Source: Octopus sinensis (Eukaryota). From it: a DNA stretch of 64,000 nt. Numbering within the stretch: the first letter of the stretch is position 1; each line of letters opens with the position of its first letter. Below the pieces are notes generated by a model. It made no database searches, had not been told where the DNA came from, and saw nothing but the letters and a program-made list of their open reading frames with translations. The stretch lies in NCBI RefSeq assembly GCF_006345805.1, contig NC_043020.1, positions 19,840,001-19,904,000 on the forward strand, given 5' to 3'. Positions 39,239 through 51,592 of the stretch are shown piece after piece. A program made the position numbers and the translations under genes.

Positions 39239-39280
<42 letters not shown>

Positions 39281-40801
39281 AAACAGCCAAGCACAATGTG
39301 ATACTATAAAGGAAAAATTAAATTGTCACTAAGTGTGACTTAGGATGCCACAGCATCTACATTGCTAAAAATAAGAGTTAAAATACTCTTAATGCTGTAG
39401 GAAGAGCAAATAGTGTATACACACATACTACATACACAATATATATATATATATCTACATACAATATATGTATTAACATTCAATTATATACATATGTATA
39501 TACATGATAGATTCTCCCATCGAAGACAATGTATGAGCGTTCAGCTTGGTAAACGACCTGCACAAATGATTTGTTTATAGTGATCAAATGTTTGTGTCGC
39601 ACATGAGCTCACTCTCGCAATCAAATCAACATTGTCTGAATGGGTGCACAGTGCACCATGCGTCAGGCGTCAAAGTGATTGCAGAGCAACGTGGGATGAA
39701 GTGTTTTGTTCAAGAACACAACACACCACCCAGTCTAGGAATTGAAATCACGATCTTGTGATGGTGAGAGCAACACCCCAACCACTAAGCCATGAATCCT
39801 CACACACATACGCATACACACACATATAGGTAATTCCATGGTTCTGGGATCAGTCTCACAGTGAGGTATCTTAGGCGTCTTCTACTCTAGCCCCAGGCTG
39901 ATCAAATCCTCAAATGGATTTGGTAAACAGAAACTGAAAAACGCCCATCGTGTGTCTTTGTGTCTGTGTTTGTCTCCCACCACTGCTTGGCAACTGGTGT
40001 TGGTGTGTTTATGTCCCAGTAACTTAGTGGTTCGGGATAAAGAAATCAATAGGGTAAGTACCATGCTTAAAAAAAGTACTGGGGTTGATTATTTGACTAA
40101 AATTTCTTCAAAATAGTTCCCCAGCATGGCTTTAGTAGAAACAAGATAAAAGATTAAAAAATATATACATACATATATATGTGTATGTGTGTGTGTGTAA
40201 TTTAGATACAGGCGTGGATGTGTGGATATAGAGCTGAGTTTGTAATCATGGGTTCGATTTCTTAGCCACTGTATGATGCTCTCCTACCATAGCCTTTTGG
40301 TGACCAATAACCTGTGAGTGGAACTGGTAAACAGATATTGTATGTAAACCTGTCGTGTGTGAATGTATGCACGTGTACTTCTCACTGCCTGACAAAATGC
40401 TGACATGATGTTTACAATCCCTGTTGACAGTAAAATCAGTTGCTCAGTTCAGTGGAATAAAAAAAATCCTTTCCTGAAAAATGAGTAAGGGTTGGCAACA
40501 GGAAGGGCATCCAAGTGTTGCATAGTTGGTGGCTGTGTCCCATTGTGAAACATGGTGTCATTGATGGATCTGTATCTCCATTTAATTCTTTAGATTACTC
40601 TGACAAATATGATGATCATTTACTCACATTCTTTTGAATTAATCTTGCATTATCTCATAGCTTCAGGATTTCAATGAAGGGATTACTTATTTTTAGAGTA
40701 GGTGTGAGAGGCCACATTTGAACATAAAGCTGATAGATTACCTGGACCAGTCATGGCCAGTTTGAATGCTTGAGGGTTAGAAGAATGAAAGAGAGACTTA
40801 C

Positions 40802-40912
40802 GAGGTAGGTTTTCTCATTCCCAAGTCCAAGACGTCCACCTCCTCCATGGCCACAAGTGTAGACTCGCCCACAATGACTTAGAAATACAGTGTGGTATGT
40901 ACACAGAATCAC
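40802..40912 (-). CDS. IBTK: IBTK coding exon 4 (RCC1 repeat)
   Basis: gaacag|GTG...CTC|GTAAGT; VILCTYHTVFLSHCGRVYTCGHGGGGRLGLGNEKTYL; 111 nt, phase 0 to 0. Confidence 0.95.
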
Positions 40913-41068
40913 CTGTTCAGTAAGAAAAGATAAGGTTATGATAACATGATGTACATGTAGGTATATGTATGTATCTTCATTATCAGCATGAGCTGTATGT
41001 AAATATATATACATGCATATATACATACATATGCACATACACACATATACATACATATAGATACATAC

Positions 41069-41135
<67 letters not shown>

Positions 41136-41374
41136 GTATATAAATGAAAGAATGGAGTCGAACGACGATTTAACAAAATTCCTTTATTCTCGACATATGT
41201 TTCGAAGACTGCATATTCCTAATTTCGAAGGAATAAGGGGTGCATTATGCCGCCTTCTCATCAGCATATGATGAACAAAAACTTTTAGATGACTGCCCAC
41301 ATGGAGTCCATTATCACTATGGACTCCGTGTGGGCAGTCATCTAAAAGCTTTTGTTCATCATGATGCTGACATA

Positions 41375-41477
41375 AGTTCCTTGTCTTTCCTGATGAGAAG
41401 GCGGCATAATGCACCCCTTATTCCTTCGAAATTAGGAATATGCAGTCTTCGAAACATATGTCGAGAATAAAGGAATT
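41375..41477 (+). ncRNA. Type I hammerhead ribozyme motif
   Basis: CTGATGA at 41390-41396; stem II GAAGGC/GTCTTC; GAAAC-ATAT-GTC at 41451-41462. Stem I is 4 bp, a 3x3 internal loop, then 8 bp (AGTTCCTTGTCTTTC / GAGAATAAAGGAATT). Confidence 0.75.
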
Positions 41478-41674
41478 TTGTTAAATCGTCGTTCGACTCC
41501 ATTCTTTCATTTATTTATAGTTAAAAAAAACACACAAATTTCCACACGAAAGCACGTGATCTCTGCCCTTGGCATGTAGCTTCAACCATGTTTTCTGACG
41601 TGAATTGGCTACCTGGGTATCGGTTAACCGAATTATCCATACTAGGATAATTCATTCAACTACTTAAATATATA

Positions 41675-41721
<47 letters not shown>

Positions 41722-42034
41722 TTGAATAGTTTAGAAAGAGCATTTCGATAGAAGCACATGGATCTATTGATATGGTCTTTCCATCATTAACAGGAATCTT
41801 ACTGATGAGCCAGCCTGGGTAAATAAATACTATTTTTATTACTAAATTTGGCGAAACTGCAGTTTAAGAAAAGTTAAGTTTGTAAAAGTTTTTAAACCTC
41901 ATCTCACGAAATTTATCCAGCTATTGTGTATCTAGTACACTCTTCGCCTTGAATGTAATGATATATGTATAATATATGGCGTGTACTGGTACACCGGCGA
42001 TTATAATTAAATTTATTGTATCGCATTTATCTTT

Positions 42035-42076
<42 letters not shown>

Positions 42077-42907
42077 ATTTAGGAATGGTCATTCTTACAC
42101 ACTTCAAGTATATATATGTGTGTGTGAGGCAATTTGTAGTTGGCCATTAACACATAATGGCCTTATCCTCCAATGAAACCAATCCTTAGTGAACTTCCTT
42201 TATGTCATTCAAACCCAAACTTCTGACTCATAGACTGCCAGATCTACACATATAGAAAAAAAAACTGGGACCTAGTTCAATAATTCCAGGTTTTTGAAGA
42301 GAGTGGAATCACCTCTTAGCAACAGCTGTTCTAAGGCTAACTCTGACCTGGAGTAGTAGTGTCTGTCAGGGTCCCAGATGTGGATTAATTAGAGTGTTAT
42401 AGAAGGAAACCTTCAGTGCCTCGTGAGTGCCTTGGGAAAGGAAAAGGCTAGGGGAGTCAACTTTGAAAGCAAATCAAGGAGTGAAGTCCCCCAAGTGGCC
42501 CACTCCCCTCTTTGACACCATTTTGGCAACTCCGGAATAGGTGGAACTCTCCAACCCTGTAAGGCAATTCACTTAGAAGGCCACTCCAACGTAAAACCTA
42601 GTTTGCTGGTCACTGCAGTCACCTTTGCCCACTGAGCTACTGTGGTCTCAAATCTCCATGTTTAAAGAGAGGGATCAGATTGCACGGACTGATTCTCACT
42701 TTAAAACCACTAAAGCAGAGGAAGAGAAGAAAGCTCTGCAGCATCAAGGATCAGTTTGCATCTGCACTTTAAGGTATGCTGCTCTTCCTCTTTATCTTCT
42801 GTCATGAAGAAACTGTCGTCATATATATACATACATACAAAGAAAGAGGAAGAAAAAAGAGTACAAAAAAGGGAGAAAGATAAACAAATGCAGAAAAAAA
42901 AACTAAC

Positions 42908-43032
42908 CTGTTTGACGGTGATATGCTGCTGTTGGAATGTATCAAGAATTGTAGGTTTGGGACATTCCTTGTCTATAGGCAATCCCAGAGTACTGTTGTG
43001 GTTCTCTCCCCACACATATACATCATTTGGTG
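42908..43032 (-). CDS. IBTK: IBTK coding exon 3 (RCC1 region start)
   Basis: tttgcag|CA...CAG|GTTAGT; PNDVYVWGENHNSTLGLPIDKECPKPTILDTFQQQHITVKQ; 125 nt, phase 1 to 0. Confidence 0.93.
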
Positions 43033-43592
43033 CTGCAAATTGACCAAATCTATATAATATTCATACATATATATCTGAATGCATACATACATACATACAT
43101 TAATACATACATACGTCTGTCTATCTGTAAATATACATACATACATATATATATATACATACACACACACACATATAGATAGAAAGATACAGACACAGAC
43201 ACACACACATATATTGTTATTGTATGTGTGTGTGTATGTAGAGAAAGAGAGAGAGAGAGAGCGATAATGATGCAAATAAACAAATAAAACTGCTTGAGTT
43301 AGATATACAAAATATGTATACATGTAAATAGAGAGAAAGCAAAGACTGAAAATTCTGAGACGATGAATAAACAAGTATAAATATATAATTATATATTAAC
43401 AGAGCAAACTTACACAGGGTAGAAAGATACAGAAAATTATAGAGAAGGTAGGGTGTTGCAAGTTTGACAGAGATGAAAACCAAGGTTTTTGGTCTTTGCT
43501 TTGTGTGTGTATATGTGTGTGTGTACGCATGTACATACATATCAAATCGACTCGCATGCATACATACACACACACACACACACACACACACG

Positions 43593-43631
<39 letters not shown>

Positions 43632-43761
43632 CATATCCACTTGCAAGGCTTTGGTCTTCGATAGTGTGAAATGTTATATGATATCTTTATGATACTAAAC
43701 ATGCTACTATGGAAATGTCTATTACTAGGGTACATATTATGATAAAACAACTAATAAGTAC

Positions 43762-43858
43762 CTCCAGGAAATTTTAACTTTTTGGTCAATTCATCTTCTC
43801 TCTGTAAGTTGAAAGGTCTCAGTCCTTCACGATCTTGTATCTCGAGGCTTGCTTCATG
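43762..43858 (-). CDS. IBTK: IBTK coding exon 2
   Basis: ttag|CAT...GGA G|GTACTT; HEASLEIQDREGLRPFNLQREDELTKKLKFPG resembles IBTK H...IQD.EG; 97 nt, phase 0 to 1. Confidence 0.9.
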
Positions 43859-44659
43859 CTAATAATAATAATAATAATAATAACAATAATGGTTTCAAAT
43901 ATTTGGCCCAAGACCAGCAAGTTCAAAGGAGGGGATTAAGTCAGTTACCTCAGCCCCAGTATTCAACTCTGAAAAGATGAAAGGCAAAGTTGAACTCACA
44001 AATTAAAGACACCCAATTTTTTCCATTAAATATATATATATACACATACACACACACATATATGAAAATCATTGATTAGAGAACAAACCTCATACATAAC
44101 AAGAAGTGGTATGAGGGGAAAAAGAAAAGAGGAATGGAATGAGGAGGAGAAGCAGTCAAGGTCAAGAAACATGGGGAAGAGAAGAAAATGAGATGAGAGA
44201 GAAGCTGGAGGACAAGGAAGGGATTAACGAACTAAAAGGAAATGTAGGAGGTGAAGGAAACATGTTCGTTTAAATCTGTTCGTGACATGGTGTTAAGTTC
44301 AGATATGAAACACTTTTTTCTGTTTCCTTGAAAATGTGGATCCATGGGGTACAGAGATTCCACACACTGATAAGAAAATGATGGAATGGCCTGGGGTGTT
44401 GAAGTGGGTCGCAATATGTTGGCCTAGCATATGTAGTAGTATGCTAGTATGCTTTGAATGTGTTCCCGAAAGTGAATGGCAAATCTTTCTCCAATGATAT
44501 TTATTTGCCTACCCGGAAAATTTACAAATTTCCACACCAATAAACCACTACTGTTCCCAAAGTTGTTTTCTTATATTTCCAATGGATTGCTTGATGCTCA
44601 CTTTCTTCCTACACCATAATCCTTGGACCTTACACACATATGTATACATACATACATAC

Positions 44660-44699
<40 letters not shown>

Positions 44700-45424
44700 A
44701 CGAAAAATCCAGTGAAATCTGTAAAAGTAGAGTCAGTATATCCAGAGGTAATCCAGGTGTAGTGCTGGTATGCAGATGAGAAGAGGTGCAGAAAGTTCGA
44801 GAAGTGGTTAAGATATGCAAGTCCAAAGAGTGGGAAGTTAAGGCAAGATAAAACTGGGCTGACCACATGAGTGTATAATACAGAGTTGAAATTTATAGAA
44901 AAACAAAAGACAAAGGCAGGTGTCTGAACAACAAGCAGGTGAATAAGTTGGATATTCAGGAAAATGAAAAAGTATTTTTCATTTCAAGCCTATGCTCTTC
45001 AACAGAAAGGAATACGAGAAAATTTTCTTGTATTCCTTTCTGTTGAAGAGCATAGGCTGAAAATATAAAAGACATTTTTATTTTCCTGAGTGTCAAACTA
45101 ATATACCTACTTGTTGTTCAGACACCTGTCTTCATCTTTTGTTTTTCTATAAATTTCAACTGTGTGTGTGTGTGAAGGCACGTGGCCTAGTGTTTAGGCT
45201 GTTGCACTCACAATCACTAGATCATGGGTTCAATTCCCTGATTGGGCAATGCGTTGTATTCTTGAGCAAAATACTTCATTACACATTGCTACAAGTGGGG
45301 TAGCATCATTTAAAAGCTAAAACAATGCAAAAGTGCACTGTGGCAAGCGATGTGTAACAACATAGATAGCCTGATCTGTCACATGATCTCACACACACAC
45401 CCACAAATGTTTTGTTGCACTCAC

Positions 45425-45745
45425 CTGAATGAGAAGCCTTGCTACAGCCAAATGACCATAGAACAAAGCCTTGTGTAAAGCAGTCCATCCTGATTCTCTG
45501 TCCACGGCATTGACATCCACATGTTTCTCATCCAGAAGCCACTGGACAACATCCAACTTACCACAGCCAGCCGCCACATGGAGGGGGAAATTGCCGTCAA
45601 GATCACTTTGTTTGCCTGCGACATGGCATGTCTGGAAGTAAGCTTTGATTTCTTCAAAACTTCCTTTTGTTATTGCTGCATTTAACTGGGAAGCATGTTG
45701 TTTCGATTGACACTTCAAACCACACTCAGCTCTGATGAAAGACAT
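45425..45745 (-). CDS. IBTK: IBTK coding exon 1 (start codon, ankyrin repeats)
   Basis: ATG at 45745; MSFIRAECGLKCQSKQHASQL...TKGS...PLHVAAGCGK...DRESGWTALHKALFYGHLAVARLLIQ matches the IBTK N-terminus (ESGWTALH..FYGH). Donor CAG|GTGAGT; 321 nt, phase 0. An acceptor tttcag at 45770-45771 implies an upstream non-coding exon. Confidence 0.95.
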
Positions 45746-46057
45746 GGTAAAACCAAGTTACTCGCTTCTCTGAAATAAGCAGGAAAGTAAAAGGAAACCA
45801 CTCGGTTAAATATCTCAGGATATGATTCCTATATTATACAAGCAAAAGGCAAAGGCATTAGAGAATCAGACAAAATACCTGGAGACATTTATTTCAGTAT
45901 CTTATGTTCTTAATCCAAATTGCCCTGAGAATTCGAATTCAGGGGTTTGACAAATAATGTACCAGCCTCTATATAATCATTCAATTTGCAAGAAACAGTA
46001 ACTAAACTTCATACATGTGTGTATGTGTGTATGTATATATATATATGTACGTATATA

Positions 46058-46093
<36 letters not shown>

Positions 46094-46190
46094 TGTATGA
46101 ATGTATGTATGTGTATATATAAATGGCGGTGCCCCAGCATGGCCACAGCTCATGAGCTGAAACTAGAATCAATCAATCAATCAATCAATC

Positions 46191-46223
<33 letters not shown>

Positions 46224-46307
46224 TACATATATATACATATATATATATTATACATATATATACATATATATACATATATATATATACATATATATACATA
46301 TATATAC

Positions 46308-46353
<46 letters not shown>

Positions 46354-47098
46354 ATATACATATATATATATATATATATATTATATATACATATATATAT
46401 ATATAATACATATATATACATATATATAACGGGAAGCTTTATGAAAAAAACAAAAGACGAAGGCAGGTGGAAAACAAACGAACAATTGTATTAGTATGGT
46501 GCTCAGGAAATATAAATAAAACAAATATATATATATATATACCGTCCAACCCATGCTAGCACGGAAAACGGACGTTAAACGATGATGATATCAGTATTTA
46601 TGTATATATGTATGTATACATATATTTCATTTTGGGATTTGGTTTGCAAGATTCTTTATATGAGTACGTGTGTTGAAGCATAATCTGTTGTCTGGGGAGA
46701 GTCATTTTTTTTTTGTGCCTTATAATGTAACACACTCACCGGTAAAATTTCCACTTATTTATTTTTATTTTCCTAAAATTTTCATTGCATCTTGCAACCT
46801 TTTCAATAGTCTTGACTCTGTCCATTATTTACACTGCGTTCCTTTTTGTTTGTTTGTGCGCATGTGTGTGCCTATGCATGCATGTACGTATGTATGTGTG
46901 TATATATGTATGTATGGATGGATGTGCATCTCTATATGTGTGGATCTGTGGATCCATATATGTCCTTGTGTGAAGTAAAGTGTGTGTGTATATGATCATG
47001 TGTGTCAGTATCCATTTGCATATGTGTGCTTGTCTGTTCTTATAACCTATGTACTTATCCATCTGTATGTTGATCTGTTTATTTTTATATCCATATCC

Positions 47099-47142
<44 letters not shown>

Positions 47143-47159
47143 CATCATCGTCGTCGTCA

Positions 47160-48300
47160 TCATCATCATTTAACGTCTGATTTCCATGCTAGCATGGGTT
47201 GGACAGTTTGACTGAGGGCTGGCGAGCCAGACAGCTGCACCAGTCTCCAATCTGATCTGGCAAAGTTTCTACAGCAGCATGCCCTTCCTGATGTCAACCA
47301 CCCCAAGCATGTAGTGGGTGCCTTTACATGCCACTGGTACGAGGACCAGCCAGGCAGTACTGGCATCAGCCACACTCAAATGGTGCTTTTTACATGCCAC
47401 CTGCACAGGAGCCAGTCCGGTGGCACTAGCAATGACCATGCTCAAATGGTCCTTTTTTATGTGCCACCAGCACGGGAGCCAGGCAGCGGCCCTGGCTATG
47501 ATCACACTCAAATGGTGCTTTTAATGCTCCACTGGTACAGGTGCCAATCAGGCAGTACTCTCATCAGCCATGACAGCGATTTCGATTTCACTTGCCTCAA
47601 CAGGTCTTCGCAAGTATAGTTTATTGTCCAATGATTGAAGGGTGCTCTTAAATGGACTGGTTATACAGTACTGGCATAGGCCATGGTTATGGTCTCACTT
47701 GGCCTGCCAGGTCTTCTCAAGCACAGCATATCTCCAAAGGTCTTGGTCACTTGTCATTGCCTCAGTGAGGCCCAATGTTCAAAGGTTGTGCTTCACCACC
47801 TCATCTTCCTGGGTCTACCTCTTCCGCAGGTTCCCTAAAATGCTAGGGTGTGACACTCTTTCACACAGCTGTCCACATCTATTGGCAACACATGACCATA
47901 CCAGCACAGTCGTCTCTCTTGCACACCACATCTGATGCTTCTTAAGTCCAACTTTTCTCTCAGGGCGCTTACACTCTGTCAAGAATGTACACTGACATTA
48001 TACATCCAGCAGAGCATACTGGCTTCATTCCTTGCAAGCTTACTCATGTCCTCAGCAGTCACAGCCCATGTTTCACTGCCATGTAGCATAGCTGTTCACA
48101 CACATGTCATACAGTCCGCCTTTTACTCTGAACGAGAGGCCCTTTGTCACCAGCAGAGGCAGGAGCTCTCTGAACTTTGCCCAAGCTATTCTTACTCTAG
48201 CGGCTACACTTTCAGAGCATCCACCCCAGCTACTGACTTGGTCACCTAGGTAATGGAAGCTATCAGCTACTTGTAGTTTATCCCCCTGGAATGTGACGGA
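47160..48300 (-). mobile_element. RTE-clade LINE 3' end with four roughly 62-66 bp internal repeats (about 47317-47580)
   Basis: (CAT)n TTTAACGTC tail; repeat unit begins GTGC(C/T)TTTTA..GCCAC and ends CTCAAATG; degenerate RT C-terminus upstream. Short tail-only copies at about 5930-6105, 15110-15300 and 27590-27812. Confidence 0.7.
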
Positions 48301-48949
48301 AATGAACTAATAAGATTAATATGTGATTAATTAAGGTCATGTGACCCAGAGGACAGGATGATGACAGAGGAAGAGCCAGGATGTGTGGGTGAAGAGGAGG
48401 CTGAGTGTAAAGTGCACTGGGTACAACAGGCTTAATATAGCATGGTCTTTTATACATAGACCTCAAGATGGGCAGGAGAGGTTAGGGATGAGGATGATGG
48501 TAGGGGATAGAAAGTAGACTGGTCCCGTATTAATAGACAGCATGAATTTAGTAGGCTGAGATAAGGATGACATGAAAGTGAATATCGGGGAGATGAAAAG
48601 GCACCTCGGTGCAGAAGAGGCTGTAATAGTAGACTTAGTGGTAAATATAACTACACAAACACACTCCTAAGAATACATTTACACATAAATGTAATGTACT
48701 CTCATTGATCATGCTTGCACTGCTGGATAGGTCTTCTGTGGTTGGATCCTCTCCAAGAGAACAAATCACCTCTCAACACTCTCATTTTCTGCAAGACATG
48801 CAGCATCTTCAGGTCAGATGTTATCCCAAATCTTTCTTGGTCTCTTTCTTCCACAGCTTCCATATACACACTGAATTCTCTTTCTGATGGGCAGTAAATA
48901 CGTAGTACATTTTACTTAGTCATGTGTGTGTGTGTAATGTATACATATA

Positions 48950-49022
48950 CGTGCGTGTATGTACATGCGCCGTTATATAGCAAATAGTTTGGTGGTTGAC
49001 GTTTCTGTTTACATAAGTATTT

Positions 49023-49057
<35 letters not shown>

Positions 49058-49500
49058 CTTTAAAATTTGGACAAATTAGCACTTTTCATAACTCTATGCG
49101 CTGCTGCCTGATATCAGCTAAGATTACTGAACACTAACAGAAGTTTAATAATTCCTCACACGTCATCATTTTTTTTTTGATATTCATACGGGCTACACAG
49201 TCTTATTTTGAATTTCCTCAGAAATTAACAATTCCTCACAGTTCTATTGACACAGAGTCAGATATATAAAAAACAACTGAATAAAAACCTATTATATTCC
49301 GTTTGATTGCACATGGTTTTTGTAACAAGTAATCGTAAGTAGTTTAGCTCCAGGTCCATTCTGCGACAGACCGGTAGAGGCTCAATCGTCGCCTCACGCT
49401 AGTAGTTGTTGTTAAACACTATTTCGGTACTGATCGGACAGATCTATAGCTAAATACATTTTAGTTAGGACCAGTACTTTCTTTCTTTCAGTGTTAATCC
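48950..49500 (-). promoter_or_regulatory. Probable IBTK promoter and first non-coding exon region
   Basis: Non-repetitive, CpG-containing stretch where CpG density rises abruptly relative to the gene body; the first coding exon has an acceptor 5' of its ATG. No TSS or donor site could be fixed. Confidence 0.3.
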
Positions 49501-49936
49501 TTCTTTAAGACAATAAGATATAGTCTAAGGGAGATTTGGCAGTTATTTCAAGCAGGTTAAGAACTACGTTGAGGGTCAATCAACACAGGCACACAAACAT
49601 GTTTGTGTTCGTATGCTTATATTCATGTGTGCACGCATTAATACGCGCGCACACAATTACACAAGAGAAGAGAAAAGAACAGCGATTTTCACTGATAATG
49701 TCGTAATCCTCACCATTTGTCATATCATGTTTCATCTGTCAAAATGTTCTTAACCTGTAATATTGGAAAGGTAACTACCATAATTACTTATATGGGGATC
49801 ACCAAAAGAATCTACTTGAGGATAGCAACTTCGCAGAATAAAGAAAAACAAAACAAAAGAGCCGCCAGCGAGTCGTCTTAGCTGCGAGAAATAGTAGTCA
49901 AATCTCCCTCACATCACATTCCATCTTCGTGTGTGC

Positions 49937-49977
<41 letters not shown>

Positions 49978-50920
49978 TATAAAGACACACACACACCTGC
50001 GCTCAATAACTAGATAGTGTTATGGAGATGTTTCATTAAAATACTCACATGATATCAACGCCAGAAACATTCAGTGTGATTCATTCCATTTTATGGTAAC
50101 TTACGCTTTGTTGTGCAATATCCAGATTAAGTAAGCTTTTGTCTGAGTACGAAACCCGGATGAAAACTTTGGCCGAGTCTGCGGCGGATCTCGATTAGGA
50201 CTAAGTCAAGGGAGATAATTGAGAATTACTATCCTATCAAAAAAATATCCTCAAATCACAAAACTAAGCCAAGCAGTTATGGGACCTCTATGTGAGCGCA
50301 TCACATGCGAGAAACGGCAGCCAAATCTCTCTCGAATCGAGTCTGATCGTCCGAAAGGAAGAATGGATGATGTTGTCCAAAGCATACATTGCATAATTAA
50401 AAGAAGGGAAGATCACGGCTAATATGCCAGGCAGATCAGAGTTGACTTGGAGCTGAACAACAGCAAGTAGTAACTATCAACAGGAATCTATAAGCAATTA
50501 ATTGATGGTATATCCTTTTGTATAGTTGTATTATTGTATGTTTATGAAGTTTACTTTATGACACAGGGACTCTGAGTTCAAATGTACTGTACAGCACCTT
50601 GGCAAGTGTCCCCCACGAGAAGCTCAGGTTGAACAAGACAATATTGTAAGTGGAATTTGGGCGGCAGAAATACGGTAGTAAGAAGCGAAGATGACCAATT
50701 TGCTATTAATAATAAAACAATTATTAACTTTCTAATCTCCATTTTCTTTTCTTCATTTAAATGGATATAAACTATATGTTTTATACATTATTTAAATTAT
50801 TTACAGTTGACGGATATTTGTCCTCATCTTGTTTGTTGATAACAATGTTTCGGCCTTCATCAGCTGTCTTGGGGAAATTTCGAACCTGGGTTCTCATTCC
50901 AAAGGTATTTTTCGATGTTA

Positions 50921-50956
<36 letters not shown>

Positions 50957-51138
50957 TATTATTATTCAGGTCACAGCCTGGAATCGAACTCAGAATCCTG
51001 GGGTTAAGAGCGCGGGCTACTAACCCCAAGATTCTGAGTTCGATTCCAGGCAGTGACCTGAATAATTATAATAATGATGATGATGATAACATCGAAAAAT
51101 ACCTTAGGAATGAGAACCCAGGTTCGAAATTTCCCCAA

Positions 51139-51184
51139 GACACCTGATGAAAGCTGGAGGGTATATCAGCCGAAACGTTGTGTT
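51139..51184 (+). ncRNA. Minimal type I hammerhead ribozyme motif (dimer-type stem III)
   Basis: GACAC-CTGATGA-A-AGCTG..CAGCC-GAAAC-GTT-GTGTT; stem I GACAC/GTGTT; palindromic AACGTT stem III. Confidence 0.6.
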
Positions 51185-51402
51185 AACAACAAACAAGACG
51201 AGTACAAATATCCGTCAACTGTAAATAATGAACATAATTCCTCATCTCTTAAATATAGAACAGTATATGCTTTATATATACCTATTATGTTAAGGAAATT
51301 CATTCTCCCAAAATACTAGGTATTGAACCAACATTTCCTTGGATGATACCATCCCTTCATGAAGCTTACATATCCTCAAATTAAATATGTGTGTGTGTGT
51401 GT

Positions 51403-51460
<58 letters not shown>

Positions 51461-51558
51461 TTAATCCAAACAAGAAAACACAGAAAAAAAGAGAAAAAAC
51501 ACAGCAACGCAGGACGTGGAACAATTAAAGTATTATTGATGCTCAGGAAAGAAGGGAA

Positions 51559-51592
<34 letters not shown>

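Noticed and set aside
46181-46494. Many ORF-track entries rich in YIYI, CVCV or HTHT (also near 16.4, 21.4, 27.9, 41.0, 43.1, 52.2 and 60.1 kb)
   Set aside because: These are translations of stop-free dinucleotide microsatellites, not genes.
47317-47580. CRISPR-like repeat-spacer array
   Set aside because: Eukaryotic context; the units are diverged along their whole length, have no unique spacers and lie in a LINE 3' UTR.
51000-51060. tRNA gene
   Set aside because: Only a partial A box and a B box, no acceptor stem; it is the head of a repeat element.
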